Shown here: one piece after another, positions 1-8,375 of the stretch | Position numbering within the stretch: the stretch's first letter is position 1 | How the letters are laid out: each line of letters starts with the position of its first letter | Source: a bacterium | GTDB lineage: Bacteria; Hydrothermota; 32-111 | Reading direction: 5' to 3' | DNA: 12,031 nucleotides | Assembly (NCBI GenBank): GCA_050239825.1 | Contig: JBFXGO010000050.1 | Location: 1 to 12,031 of the forward strand | Notes under the pieces: generated by a model | Seen by the model: the letters and a program-made list of their open reading frames with translations, nothing else | Databases searched by the model: none | What the model was told of the DNA's origin: nothing | Program-made: the position numbers and the translations under genes

Positions 1-116
1 TGCTTGACATTTTGACATTTTTATTTCTTTAATTTTATTGTATAAACCATACTCCGTCCCTAAAGTTAAGTTATGGATATTTCAGAGGTTGATAGATCGA
101 TGCCGCGTAAATTTTT

Positions 117-311
117 TTACTTTTTCTTCATCGGGCATGAGGAACAGGTCATTGTTTCATTCTTGTCTATGCGAATTTTAACACCATGCGTCTTTTTTGC
201 ATATTTTAATATATACATTAGCATCTCTCGGTCAATCTTGAACTTATGCATCACTTCACTTAATGAAACTATCTCTTTCTTTTTTATATATTCAATGATT
301 TCTTCAAACAT
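117..311 (-). CDS. FeoC-like small winged-helix protein (64 aa)
   Basis: N-terminal 'IIEYIKKKEIVSLSEVMHKFKIDREMLMYIL' fits the FeoC wHTH pattern; C-terminal 'CSSCP'; same strand as and downstream of feoAB. Only two Cys, fewer than in enterobacterial FeoC. Confidence 0.7.
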   Translation of the reverse strand: MFEEIIEYIKKKEIVSLSEVMHKFKIDREMLMYILKYAKKTHGVKIRIDKNETMTCSSCPMKKK

Positions 312-342
312 TATTTGTTCTTTTGAGGAATGGTTTTCTCCA

Positions 343-2868
343 TCAGAATATAAGTACTTTCTTCTTCTCTTTTATTGAGGACATTTCAGCTCTTATAAAA
401 TATATGCCTGCCTTCTTGATAAATTGCTTCACATCTATTTTTCCTGACTCTGATTTTAACACTTCAGTCTTTGAAATAATTTCTCTTCCGCTGATATCAT
501 AAACAGTAATTTCAATATCTCTCTTTTTCAAACTTGAAAAGACAATTTCACTTCCGTTTATCTTCAAATATTCTTTCTTTGTATCTTTTGCTTTACTGTC
601 TTCGTGTTTAATCAAAGATAAAAACTCACCCTCTCCGCTTAATCTTATTTTATGATATATTGCATAAATATCATTTGAATATACATACGCTGTGTCAGAA
701 AATTCTCCTACTGAGTCTGGAAGGAACTTGAATACAATATATCCTGTATCAGACGGGCTTATATTTATAGGAAGAGTACATGCAATACTGAATGCCCCAA
801 TCAACCCTTTCACGGAATCTACTGTTAAAACCTCTCCGCCAGTATTGATCACAGCATGTATCTCTATGAGTGAATCATCCTCTGTTATTGTTCCGAAATC
901 ATGAGCGCCATCTGTTGTGAGCTCCTGCTTCACTTCTCCAAATTTTATCCGGTTATACCCGCAGGCATAGGTTGAGCCGTACAGGTAATTCCTTATTCCA
1001 AATCCTGCGCCAAATGGGAAAATATCCATTGTGTCCACAAATACAGGATTCTCCGGATTCGACACATCATAGATTACATTTCTTGGACCATCCGGTGTAT
1101 AGTTCCCCAAAAAAGAACATACCAGATAATCATTCACAAATATCAGATTACCCTCATCCGGGTATTTATTATCCAAAACTGACATTGTCCAAATTTTCTC
1201 AATGCTATCCGGTTTTGAAAAGTCATAGCAATATATCGAACACTCGCACATTGCACCATCAAAGTAAGAGTCAAACAGATAGTGTTTTTTCGTTGGCATT
1301 CTTTTAAAAACATAATTGCTATCATATATTGATCGCACAGAACTTTTGAATATTGGATGTCTTAAATCTGTAATATCGTAAAGGTATATTGAATCCTCAT
1401 CCTTTAACAACAAAACACTATCAACAATCGCATAGCCGCAAAAATATGATTTGAACTCTTCTATCTCTTCAACAAAATTTATTTTATTGAGAGAGTCCAC
1501 ATAGTAGAGAGACCATCCGCCATCATTCATATAGAAATAATCATCAAATGGAATCGCAAATGAGGAGCTATCGATTTCATCCGCCACATTGAAATCAGAA
1601 TCAAGGAGAACCATCCCAAACGATGCCTCCAGCAAATAATTATCTCCTAAGGGATAAACATAGAATATTTCACCATAATCATAATCCGGAATCTCATGGT
1701 ACTCAAAAGAGTCCTCACCTGCGTTGATGTTCGTCGTATATAATCCAAATAAAGAGGGTGAAATAAAAACTGAATCTTTAACTAAAGGCTGCTGTAAGTG
1801 TTTTCCTCCGGCGTATTTATTCCCTGTGGAATGCTTTTTGATTCTGCTAAATGGCTTACATATAGAATCAAGATAAAGCCCGTCTTTACCCGAACTATAA
1901 TAGATTTTGTCATCCTTAAAATTAACTGCAGTAAGTTTCCTTAATAATTTTTGAACTGCACTGTCCGGATTTGTTATTATGCCTTTCAAAACAACATTGA
2001 ATGGATTTGTAAAATCATAGACTCTTATTTCAAAATCGTTTTCTTCTCCGTATGCGCGATTCACAAATATCAAACTGTCTCCTGCACAGACGCCAATCTC
2101 CGGAATTCCGGGATTATACTCAAAAATAGTTATAGTATCAACAAGGGAAGGATAATTAGAATTTTTAAAATTATAAATACAAAGTATCTTGTCAGGATCA
2201 TAGTATTGCACAATTCCGAGAGTTTCGTCTATCATTTCAACATTCTCAAAATACAAACCTTCAGAAAAAGTTGTTCGTTTGATGTTGTAAATATCAGCAA
2301 ATGTCCATTTGGGGAAAATTATTGTATCAATAATGGATAATCTCTCCGCCCCCATATCTTCAGATTCTGAAGTGTATTCAGAAACAAAAATCGGATTCTG
2401 TATATCTGATATATTATATGCTCTTAAAGTATCTTCTCCCCAATATTTTCCATTTGCCAAACCAAAAAGAATAGTGTCGCTTATGGCAAATGCTCTTTTC
2501 AGGTTGATATTTGTTATTTTTATCGGATTTAACGGATCTTTTGCATTAAAGATTTCAATACCCTTTTGATAAGCATAGGAAATGAATACAAGCGAGTCCT
2601 GAAGCTGAATGTCAAATAGAACATCATTGAAGTAGATTCTGTTTATCAGATTGAAACTGTTTGATGAAACATCATAAATCTCCATCGCATTCCCTGCTAC
2701 TGCAAAAAGCGTATCCCCTCTGAGTTCTATATCGCCACTCTCTCCCGAGATTGTTTGATATTCCATGGAAATCTGACCTGCTAATATTATAGCAACACTT
2801 ACTATTATTGTAATTACACTTATTTTCAATACCAAAAAATCAATTCTATCTCTTGTTTTTAATCTCAT
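343..2868 (-). CDS. Secreted LVIVD-repeat beta-propeller protein with Ig-like (choice-of-anchor D/ASH-like) domain and T9SS type A-like C-terminal sorting domain (about 841 aa)
   Basis: Hydrophobic N-terminus; repeated 'YDVSNPENPVFV', 'AYNISDIQNPIFVSEY', 'YDITDLRHPIFKS', 'YDFTNPFNVVLKG'; 'HDFGTI...INTGGEVLTV...ISPSDTG...FKFLPDSVGEFSDTAYVYSND'; tail 'ITVYDISGREI...AGIYFIR...KKKVLIF'. Start moved to ATG 2868 because the track's TTG at 2904 is the -35 box. Confidence 0.8.
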   Translation of the reverse strand: MRLKTRDRIDFLVLKISVITIIVSVAIILAGQISMEYQTISGESGDIELRGDTLFAVAGNAMEIYDVSSNSFNLINRIYFNDVLFDIQLQDSLVFISYAYQKGIEIFNAKDPLNPIKITNINLKRAFAISDTILFGLANGKYWGEDTLRAYNISDIQNPIFVSEYTSESEDMGAERLSIIDTIIFPKWTFADIYNIKRTTFSEGLYFENVEMIDETLGIVQYYDPDKILCIYNFKNSNYPSLVDTITIFEYNPGIPEIGVCAGDSLIFVNRAYGEENDFEIRVYDFTNPFNVVLKGIITNPDSAVQKLLRKLTAVNFKDDKIYYSSGKDGLYLDSICKPFSRIKKHSTGNKYAGGKHLQQPLVKDSVFISPSLFGLYTTNINAGEDSFEYHEIPDYDYGEIFYVYPLGDNYLLEASFGMVLLDSDFNVADEIDSSSFAIPFDDYFYMNDGGWSLYYVDSLNKINFVEEIEEFKSYFCGYAIVDSVLLLKDEDSIYLYDITDLRHPIFKSSVRSIYDSNYVFKRMPTKKHYLFDSYFDGAMCECSIYCYDFSKPDSIEKIWTMSVLDNKYPDEGNLIFVNDYLVCSFLGNYTPDGPRNVIYDVSNPENPVFVDTMDIFPFGAGFGIRNYLYGSTYACGYNRIKFGEVKQELTTDGAHDFGTITEDDSLIEIHAVINTGGEVLTVDSVKGLIGAFSIACTLPINISPSDTGYIVFKFLPDSVGEFSDTAYVYSNDIYAIYHKIRLSGEGEFLSLIKHEDSKAKDTKKEYLKINGSEIVFSSLKKRDIEITVYDISGREIISKTEVLKSESGKIDVKQFIKKAGIYFIRAEMSSIKEKKKVLIF

Positions 2869-2875
2869 AATGGTA

Positions 2876-2904
2876 ATTTTACTAAAAAAACACTCTGATG
2901 TCAA
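2876..2904 (-). promoter_or_regulatory. Sigma70-type promoter TTGACA-17-TAAAAT, probably leaderless
   Basis: TTGACA 2904-2899, TAAAAT 2881-2876, 7 nt to ATG at 2868, no SD. Confidence 0.7.
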
Positions 2905-2941
2905 TAAAATCGGCAGTTCAATTGCCTTTTCTCATGCAATA

Positions 2942-2969
2942 TTGAAAAATAATATTGAACTGCTATACT
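2942..2969 (+). promoter_or_regulatory. Sigma70-type promoter TTGAAA-16-(TGc)TATACT
   Basis: TTGAAA 2942-2947, TG 2961-2962, TATACT 2964-2969; SD AAGGAG 2998-3003 before ATG 3009. Confidence 0.6.
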
Positions 2970-3008
2970 TGTGATTGGTTTGAAACTGAAAACATTAAAG
3001 GAGAAAAT

Positions 3009-4199
3009 ATGAAGAGATTCGTTTTCGGTCTGGTATTTACTCTCTCAATCTGCTCTTTTGTTTCAGGGGAAACATTGAAGAGTTCATTCTTCAGCAATCC
3101 TGTTTCAGAAAAAGTAGAAGCCGCAAGAAAGATAAATGAGCTTTGTATTTTCAATAACCGCCTATACATAGGCCACGGTGACTATGGAGTCAATACGGGC
3201 CCCACAGATATAATTTATTATGATCTAACCGTAAAAACATGGAATAAGGAATTCACTGTTGACGATGAGGCGATTGTCAATTACAGGATTATCGACTCCA
3301 CTCTATACATAACCGGCGTTGACGCCACTGAAGAGTGGGATTACGGCAATTTTTATGAACTGACAGACAAAGGATGGTTCAAACATCGCACGGTTCCGAA
3401 TGCAGTCCATGTTTTCGATATTGCCAAAATAAATTCAACAATCTACCTTGCAACCGGAGAGGTTATAGGAAATGATTCGCTTTACATAACGCCCGGAGCA
3501 GTCATGGTTTCTGCTGACAACGGCAACTCCTTCACATACAGCTACACAACACCATCAGACATAATAACTGTTTACAGAATAAAGTCACTCGCGAAGATGA
3601 ATGAGAGACTATACGGATTCGCTTACAGTTACTCTTTTGCGGAGAAGAGCGATATTCCGCAGGAGTATTTCCAATATATGGGAGAACCGATAACAGAGGA
3701 TGGCATAGATTACTATATGATTCTCGAACCGAACATATTCGGAGGAGCCGACCTGCTCGTTTATGAAAACGGAAAGTGGAAGGGGAAAGATATTATTTTT
3801 GATGAAAAGCTATGCAATATAAACGGATACGCTTTTAAGAACAAGCTTCTCCTCACATGCACATTCGGAGATTATGTTTCGTCGATCTCTGAGTATATCA
3901 AGAAACACAAGAAGATGCCTGCGAATACGAGGAATGCAATGTTTGTTTTTGATGGTGAAAAGAATGTCAAATTGAATTTTAAGTATGACTTGATTGCAGA
4001 TGTCACTGTAAAAGAAGATTTGATTTACATATTATTCATGAAAGATAATAAATATTCAATAATGGCATCGTCGGATTTTTCAAACTGGACATTCTATGAT
4101 ATTCCTGAAGAGGTTATGAATCCTCTCTCTCTTGAAACTGACGGAACTCTTTTCTATATAGGAACAGAATCCGGCGCCATATACGAACTTAGGCGATAG
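3009..4199 (+). CDS. Secreted hypothetical protein, probable beta-propeller with Asp-box-like motif (about 396 aa)
   Basis: ATG 3009 preceded by AAGGAG; signal peptide MKRFVFGLVFTLSICSFVSG; beta-rich repeats ('NNRLYIG', 'STLYITG', 'STIYLATG', 'TLFYIGT'); 'SADNGNSF' resembles SxDxGxTW. Confidence 0.7.
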   Translation: MKRFVFGLVFTLSICSFVSGETLKSSFFSNPVSEKVEAARKINELCIFNNRLYIGHGDYGVNTGPTDIIYYDLTVKTWNKEFTVDDEAIVNYRIIDSTLYITGVDATEEWDYGNFYELTDKGWFKHRTVPNAVHVFDIAKINSTIYLATGEVIGNDSLYITPGAVMVSADNGNSFTYSYTTPSDIITVYRIKSLAKMNERLYGFAYSYSFAEKSDIPQEYFQYMGEPITEDGIDYYMILEPNIFGGADLLVYENGKWKGKDIIFDEKLCNINGYAFKNKLLLTCTFGDYVSSISEYIKKHKKMPANTRNAMFVFDGEKNVKLNFKYDLIADVTVKEDLIYILFMKDNKYSIMASSDFSNWTFYDIPEEVMNPLSLETDGTLFYIGTESGAIYELRR

Positions 4200-6149
4200 T
4201 CAGAAGAGCATCCTTGCAAGGAAAGAGATTCCATAGGCGAGAATTATGGAATATGCTATTACTCCGAAAAGAAACTTCCATGATTTTGTCTCCTCTTTTA
4301 TGACAACTGCAGTTGCAATGCATGGAATGTATATCATCATGAACAGGAGAAATGTGAATCCGTTTTGAACAGACCAATGATTTGAAATATACCCTGTCAG
4401 AGATTCCGAATTATAAAGAACGGACAGTGTGGAAATCACAGATTCTTTTGCAAAGAATCCGGTTATCAGAGAGATTGTCATTTCAACATCAAATCCGAGG
4501 GGCTTGAAAACCGGATTTAAGAAATGACCGAGATAATCTATTGCCCCTCCTTTGTTGCCAAGAGGGAAATATGAAGCAAAAAATATTATTATCGAAATGA
4601 AAAATATCAGTGTCCCTGCTTTTTTTAAAAAATTCTCTATTTTGAAATATGAATTCAAAAGAAGATGCTTTATGTTAGGCGCTTTGTAGTCGGGCAGTTC
4701 CATGATCAAGCCCTCGCTCTTCTCTCTGTAAAGAAATTTATTGAAGATCAATCCCGAGAGAGCCGCCATGAGAATTGAAATTAAAAAGAGAATGAAAATA
4801 AAGAAGGGGGCGGATGAGCCGAATATGGCGCCTCCGAGAAGTATTATGACAGTGAGGCGGGAAGAACATGGTATGAATGGAATTAGAAGTATCGTTTTGA
4901 ATCTGTCTGCTTTGGTTTCGAGTGTGCGCGCCGCCATAACCGCTGGAACGGAGCATCCGAAGCCCATTATTACAGGAATGAACGATTTCCCATGGAGCCC
5001 TATTTTGTGCATGTGCTTGTCCATCACAAATGCGATACGCGCCATATATCCCGTATCTTCAAGTATCTGCAGAAGAAAAAACATTATAAAAATGTACGGT
5101 ATAAGAGTTATCACAGAGCCTACTCCGCCTATAATGCCTGATGTGATGAAGTCGGAGAGAAATTTAGAGTCGATATTGGATGCGGTGAAGAGAGAGAGCT
5201 TGTGAAATATGAATTCCAGAAAAGTGTTTATCAGGCCGCCGACATTGAATGTGAGAAAGAAGATCAAAAAGAATACCCCAAGAAATATCGGAATTGAAAA
5301 GAATCTGCTGAGGAATATATTATCAAATTGCTCCGTCAGAGGAATGTGATTGAGTCTTCCTTTTATTACAACCTCTCCGCTTATTCCCCTGCTTATTGAA
5401 TAGAGCCAGTCAACAACTTCAAAATCCTGTTTTTTGTCTGATGTGTATATTATCTCTTTTACAGTATCAAATGCCTTCTCTCCCAGAGCATTTTTAACAA
5501 GCGCCTCTATCTCTTCATCTTTTTCAATAAGTTTCAAAGAAAAGAAGCTGTTAAACCTCCTCGTTTTTTCATTTGCATCAAGAATCGTCGAAATTGCATT
5601 TATCTTTTTATACAGTGGCGTTTCATACTCAATGTTTATCTTGTTGCTTGACTGCCTCTCAGACGAAAGGATTTTCTTTATTTCTGATTTTAAATCTGTT
5701 AACCCCTCTCCGGTTTTCCCTGAGCCGATTATAACTTTCTCTTTGAGGAGTTCGGATAATCTTTCAATATCGATTGATATGTTCTTTCTTCTGACTACAT
5801 CGGACATATTTATGAAAAACACGACAGGCAGTTTCATGAAGAGAATCTGTATTGAGAGGAAAAGCGACCTCTCCATTGCTGTTCCATCAAGAACATTTAT
5901 AACAAGGTTCACATTTTCATTCATGAGATACGAACGGGTGACTTTCTCATCAGGACTTAGAGGTGTGAGTCCGTAAACTCCCGGCAAATCAATTACATTG
6001 ACTTCTTCGATTCCGAGATTGGCTCTTCCCTCTTTTTTTTCTACTGTAACTCCGGGCCAGTTGCCAACCGTCTGATTGAGTCCGGTAAGTAGATTGAATA
6101 TCGTCGATTTACCTGAATTCGGCTGACCCACTATCGCAATGTTATGCAT
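4200..6149 (-). CDS. feoB: Ferrous iron transport protein B
   Basis: GQPNSGKS (G1), NWPGVTVE (G2), DLPG (G3), NMSD (G4); membrane gate motifs GFGCSVPA, PCSSR, YIPCIAT. Confidence 0.97.
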   Translation of the reverse strand: MHNIAIVGQPNSGKSTIFNLLTGLNQTVGNWPGVTVEKKEGRANLGIEEVNVIDLPGVYGLTPLSPDEKVTRSYLMNENVNLVINVLDGTAMERSLFLSIQILFMKLPVVFFINMSDVVRRKNISIDIERLSELLKEKVIIGSGKTGEGLTDLKSEIKKILSSERQSSNKINIEYETPLYKKINAISTILDANEKTRRFNSFFSLKLIEKDEEIEALVKNALGEKAFDTVKEIIYTSDKKQDFEVVDWLYSISRGISGEVVIKGRLNHIPLTEQFDNIFLSRFFSIPIFLGVFFLIFFLTFNVGGLINTFLEFIFHKLSLFTASNIDSKFLSDFITSGIIGGVGSVITLIPYIFIMFFLLQILEDTGYMARIAFVMDKHMHKIGLHGKSFIPVIMGFGCSVPAVMAARTLETKADRFKTILLIPFIPCSSRLTVIILLGGAIFGSSAPFFIFILFLISILMAALSGLIFNKFLYREKSEGLIMELPDYKAPNIKHLLLNSYFKIENFLKKAGTLIFFISIIIFFASYFPLGNKGGAIDYLGHFLNPVFKPLGFDVEMTISLITGFFAKESVISTLSVLYNSESLTGYISNHWSVQNGFTFLLFMMIYIPCIATAVVIKEETKSWKFLFGVIAYSIILAYGISFLARMLF

Positions 6150-6363
6150 ACTGAACCATTATCTGTGAAGCAACTCCTCTTCCAATTACGATTCTGCATC
6201 CGTCCTGCTCAATTATCACTGGACCCGATTTGTCATTTCTCACAACTTTCATTATGCTGTCTGTTGTAAGCCCCATCCTATTTATGCGGGAGCAGATGTT
6301 CCTGCCGCCGCACACACTTAAAAGTTTCACATTCTTTCCCACATCTATTTCAGAGAGTGTCAT
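6142..6363 (-). CDS. feoA: Ferrous iron transport protein A
   Basis: 73 aa, 'MTLSEI..G...RINRMGL...GPVII...RIVIGRGVASQIMV'; overlaps feoB start. Confidence 0.93.
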   Translation of the reverse strand: MTLSEIDVGKNVKLLSVCGGRNICSRINRMGLTTDSIMKVVRNDKSGPVIIEQDGCRIVIGRGVASQIMVQYA

Positions 6364-6770
6364 TTTTTCTCCTTCAGGAGCGATTTTTTTATCTCCGGAC
6401 TTATATTTTTAGATATGCTCTCCATGCTCTTTATTATTTTTCCCGGAACAACATGCTCAATCTTGCATGCCAATTCATTTGCATCATGGTAATCTATTTC
6501 AAAAAGAGATATTAGGAATTTTCTGATTGCGCTGTGCTTGGCATAAAGCCCTTTCGCCACTCTGTGACCTTCTTCTGTAAGCTCAATGTATCCATATTTC
6601 TCCTGATTTATGAGGCCGTCCTTTTTCAGTATTGAGAGAGCATTTACTATGGACGGCTTCGAGACTCTGAGAACACTCTTTATATCTGTAACCCTGCACA
6701 CAGGATTATCCTCAAGCACCATGTAAATCGCCTCTATGTAATCTTCCTGACTCATGCTCAATTTGTTCAC
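6360..6770 (-). CDS. DtxR/MntR-family metal-dependent transcriptional repressor (short form, no SH3 domain)
   Basis: 'SQEDYIEAIY', HTH 'VTDIKSVLRVSKPSIVNAL', 'LTEEG...KH', metal site 'ACKIEH'; GTG start; ATGA overlap with feoA. Confidence 0.92.
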   Translation of the reverse strand: MNKLSMSQEDYIEAIYMVLEDNPVCRVTDIKSVLRVSKPSIVNALSILKKDGLINQEKYGYIELTEEGHRVAKGLYAKHSAIRKFLISLFEIDYHDANELACKIEHVVPGKIIKSMESISKNISPEIKKSLLKEKK

Positions 6771-6784
6771 TATTTCTCACTTTG

Positions 6785-6798
6785 TTAGTTAAGACTAA
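6785..6798. promoter_or_regulatory. Candidate DtxR/MntR-family operator TTAGT-TAAG-ACTAA
   Basis: Palindromic TTAG-N6-CTAA core, as in DtxR/MntR-family boxes, lying between the -10 and the regulator start. Confidence 0.7.
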
Positions 6799-6825
6799 TA
6801 TTAATCATTTTTTGCAAAAAGTCAA
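6798..6825 (-). promoter_or_regulatory. Promoter of regulator-feoAB operon, TTGACT-16-TAATAT
   Basis: TTGACT 6825-6820, TAATAT 6803-6798. Confidence 0.6.
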
Positions 6826-6833
6826 CAGATTTC

Positions 6834-6985
6834 TAGCGGCGGGGGGTGAAAAATGTGAAAATCTAATATATCTAAGTTGCTATAATTTAGTATATTAACA
6901 ATTTTAATTTTAGAGTAAAATCATAAATATTCTATTTTATATACTTTAAGAAATTCTTTTTCACATTTTTCACCCCCCGCCGCTA
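6834..6985. mobile_element. MITE-like element, copy 1 (152 bp including terminal TA)
   Basis: Perfect 28-bp TIR TAGCGGCGGGGGGTGAAAAATGTGAAAA (6834-6861 / 6958-6985); AT-rich non-coding core; second copy at 9970-10121. Confidence 0.85.
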
Positions 6986-7119
6986 TGCTCTGGCTGTACC
7001 AGCCGGTTCTGTATCCAATCTTCGAAATCTATTCCGAATGTTTCATTTGCAAGTTTGTTGAATGAGAGGCGAAGATTTCTATTCTCTCTATATTCGCTTA
7101 AAAAATTCAGGTCATTCAT
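6970..7119 (-). pseudogene. 5' fragment of a GNAT-family N-acetyltransferase, frameshifted and truncated at MITE copy 1
   Basis: ATG 7119 overlaps the flavoprotein stop (ATGA). It reads MNDLNFLSEYRENRNLRLSFNKLANETFGIDFEDWIQN..., resembling a GNAT N-terminus I recall (Y+DN..LR.SFN.LA..TFGIDFE.WYQ.G.W). 'GWYSQS' continues in a shifted frame; the ORF stops inside the TIR. Confidence 0.65.
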
Positions 7120-8375
7120 TTACTGGTCACCAGAAACTCTTCCAGAATCGCTTTTACCGCAACATACGCTGATGCCCATGCAAAGTGAAGATTGTATCCT
7201 CCGCTCTTTCCGTCAACATTCATAATCTCGCCTACAAAATATATGTTTTTCACCCTTTTTGATTCCATCGAGAGAGCATTAATCTCATCTGTTGACACAC
7301 CGCCGGCCATAACCTGACTTGACGGAAATCCATTATCAGATTTAATTTCAAATCTCCAGTCATGCAGAACATTTGCCATCAACTCCGTCTCTTCGTCTTT
7401 CAATGTTTCAACCAACCGAGAGAGTTCTATGGAACATGATTTTATCAGAGCCATTCCTATTCTCTTGTTGAGGCGGCCGCTAAAAAAATTCTCCATTTTT
7501 CTATTTTTCAGATTCTTTCTTCTTCTCTCAATGTTTGCTTTTGTCTCATTTAGTGATTCCTCAGGATACAAATCAAGTGAAAGCACGGTTTTTTTGCCTC
7601 TTTTTATGGATTCAACTGCATATCTGCTTATGTTTAAAATTGCATTTCCGCTTATTCCATACTCTGTAAACAGAATCTCGTTTTTGTCTGATGCGAGAAG
7701 ATTCTCACCGTCATACACTGATGCTCCTGCAAACCATTTGTTGCCCTCCATAGACCTGTGGAGATTCCCTTCAAGTTTCAATTGCACAAGTGATGGCATA
7801 GGTTCGATTATCGTGTGATTCATTTTCTTTATAAAATCAAAAAAGTATTTATTCTGTCTCTCAATTCCCGAGATTCCGCCCACTGCAATAATTATTTTTT
7901 TTGCTGAGAATTCTTCCACTGATGAGGATGTCTTTAATGTGAAAACCTCTCCCTTCTTTTCAATGGAAAGGATCTCGCAGTCGCAGATTATTTTTCCGCC
8001 GTTCTCTTCAATTGAAAATCTGAGCGCATCAAGCACTGAAGATGCCTGCATTGAGCGGGGGAATACTTTGTTCTCATCATTTATAAAAAGATCTATTCCG
8101 ATTTTTTCAAATTCTTCAAATATGCTTTTCTGGGGAGATGAATCTAAAACCTGTTTTATGAAAAGATGGTCCCCAAAATAATTTGAAAGACACATCTCTT
8201 TGTTTGAAAGATTGCATTTCCCGTTTCCTGTTGCAAGGAGTTTTTTGCCGACTCTTTGATTCTTTTCAAATACGGCGCAATTTACCTTTTTTGAACTGAG
8301 TAGATGACATGCAAACAGTCCTGCCGCTCCTCCTCCGACGATTATTACATCAAAATTATCAACTGTTTTCATCAT
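7116..8375 (-). CDS. HI0933/YhiN/BaiN-like NAD(P)/FAD-dependent flavoprotein
   Basis: IIVGGGAAG, GKKLLATGNGKCNLSN, VFPRSMQA, LFTEYGISG, GGVS, GEIMNVDGKSGGYNLHFAWASA. Confidence 0.93.
   Translation of the reverse strand: MMKTVDNFDVIIVGGGAAGLFACHLLSSKKVNCAVFEKNQRVGKKLLATGNGKCNLSNKEMCLSNYFGDHLFIKQVLDSSPQKSIFEEFEKIGIDLFINDENKVFPRSMQASSVLDALRFSIEENGGKIICDCEILSIEKKGEVFTLKTSSSVEEFSAKKIIIAVGGISGIERQNKYFFDFIKKMNHTIIEPMPSLVQLKLEGNLHRSMEGNKWFAGASVYDGENLLASDKNEILFTEYGISGNAILNISRYAVESIKRGKKTVLSLDLYPEESLNETKANIERRRKNLKNRKMENFFSGRLNKRIGMALIKSCSIELSRLVETLKDEETELMANVLHDWRFEIKSDNGFPSSQVMAGGVSTDEINALSMESKRVKNIYFVGEIMNVDGKSGGYNLHFAWASAYVAVKAILEEFLVTSK

Noticed and set aside
1..60. Tandem TTGACATTTT repeats (4-13, 12-21) as a plus-strand promoter; GGAG-ATG on the minus strand
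   Set aside because: No correctly spaced -10; the minus-strand ATG gives only 9 codons; context cut by the window edge
73..378. Plus-strand ORF 73-378 and other antisense or nested ORFs in the track (692, 972, 1143, 1951, 2309, 2963, 4189, 4738, 4741, 5434, 6230, 7429, 7939, 9053, 9543, 9766, 11265)
   Set aside because: Shadow frames overlapping well-supported genes, with no recognisable motifs
2938..2959. Direct repeat AATATTGAA x2 over the plus-strand -35
   Set aside because: Short and AT-rich; could be an operator but cannot be told from chance
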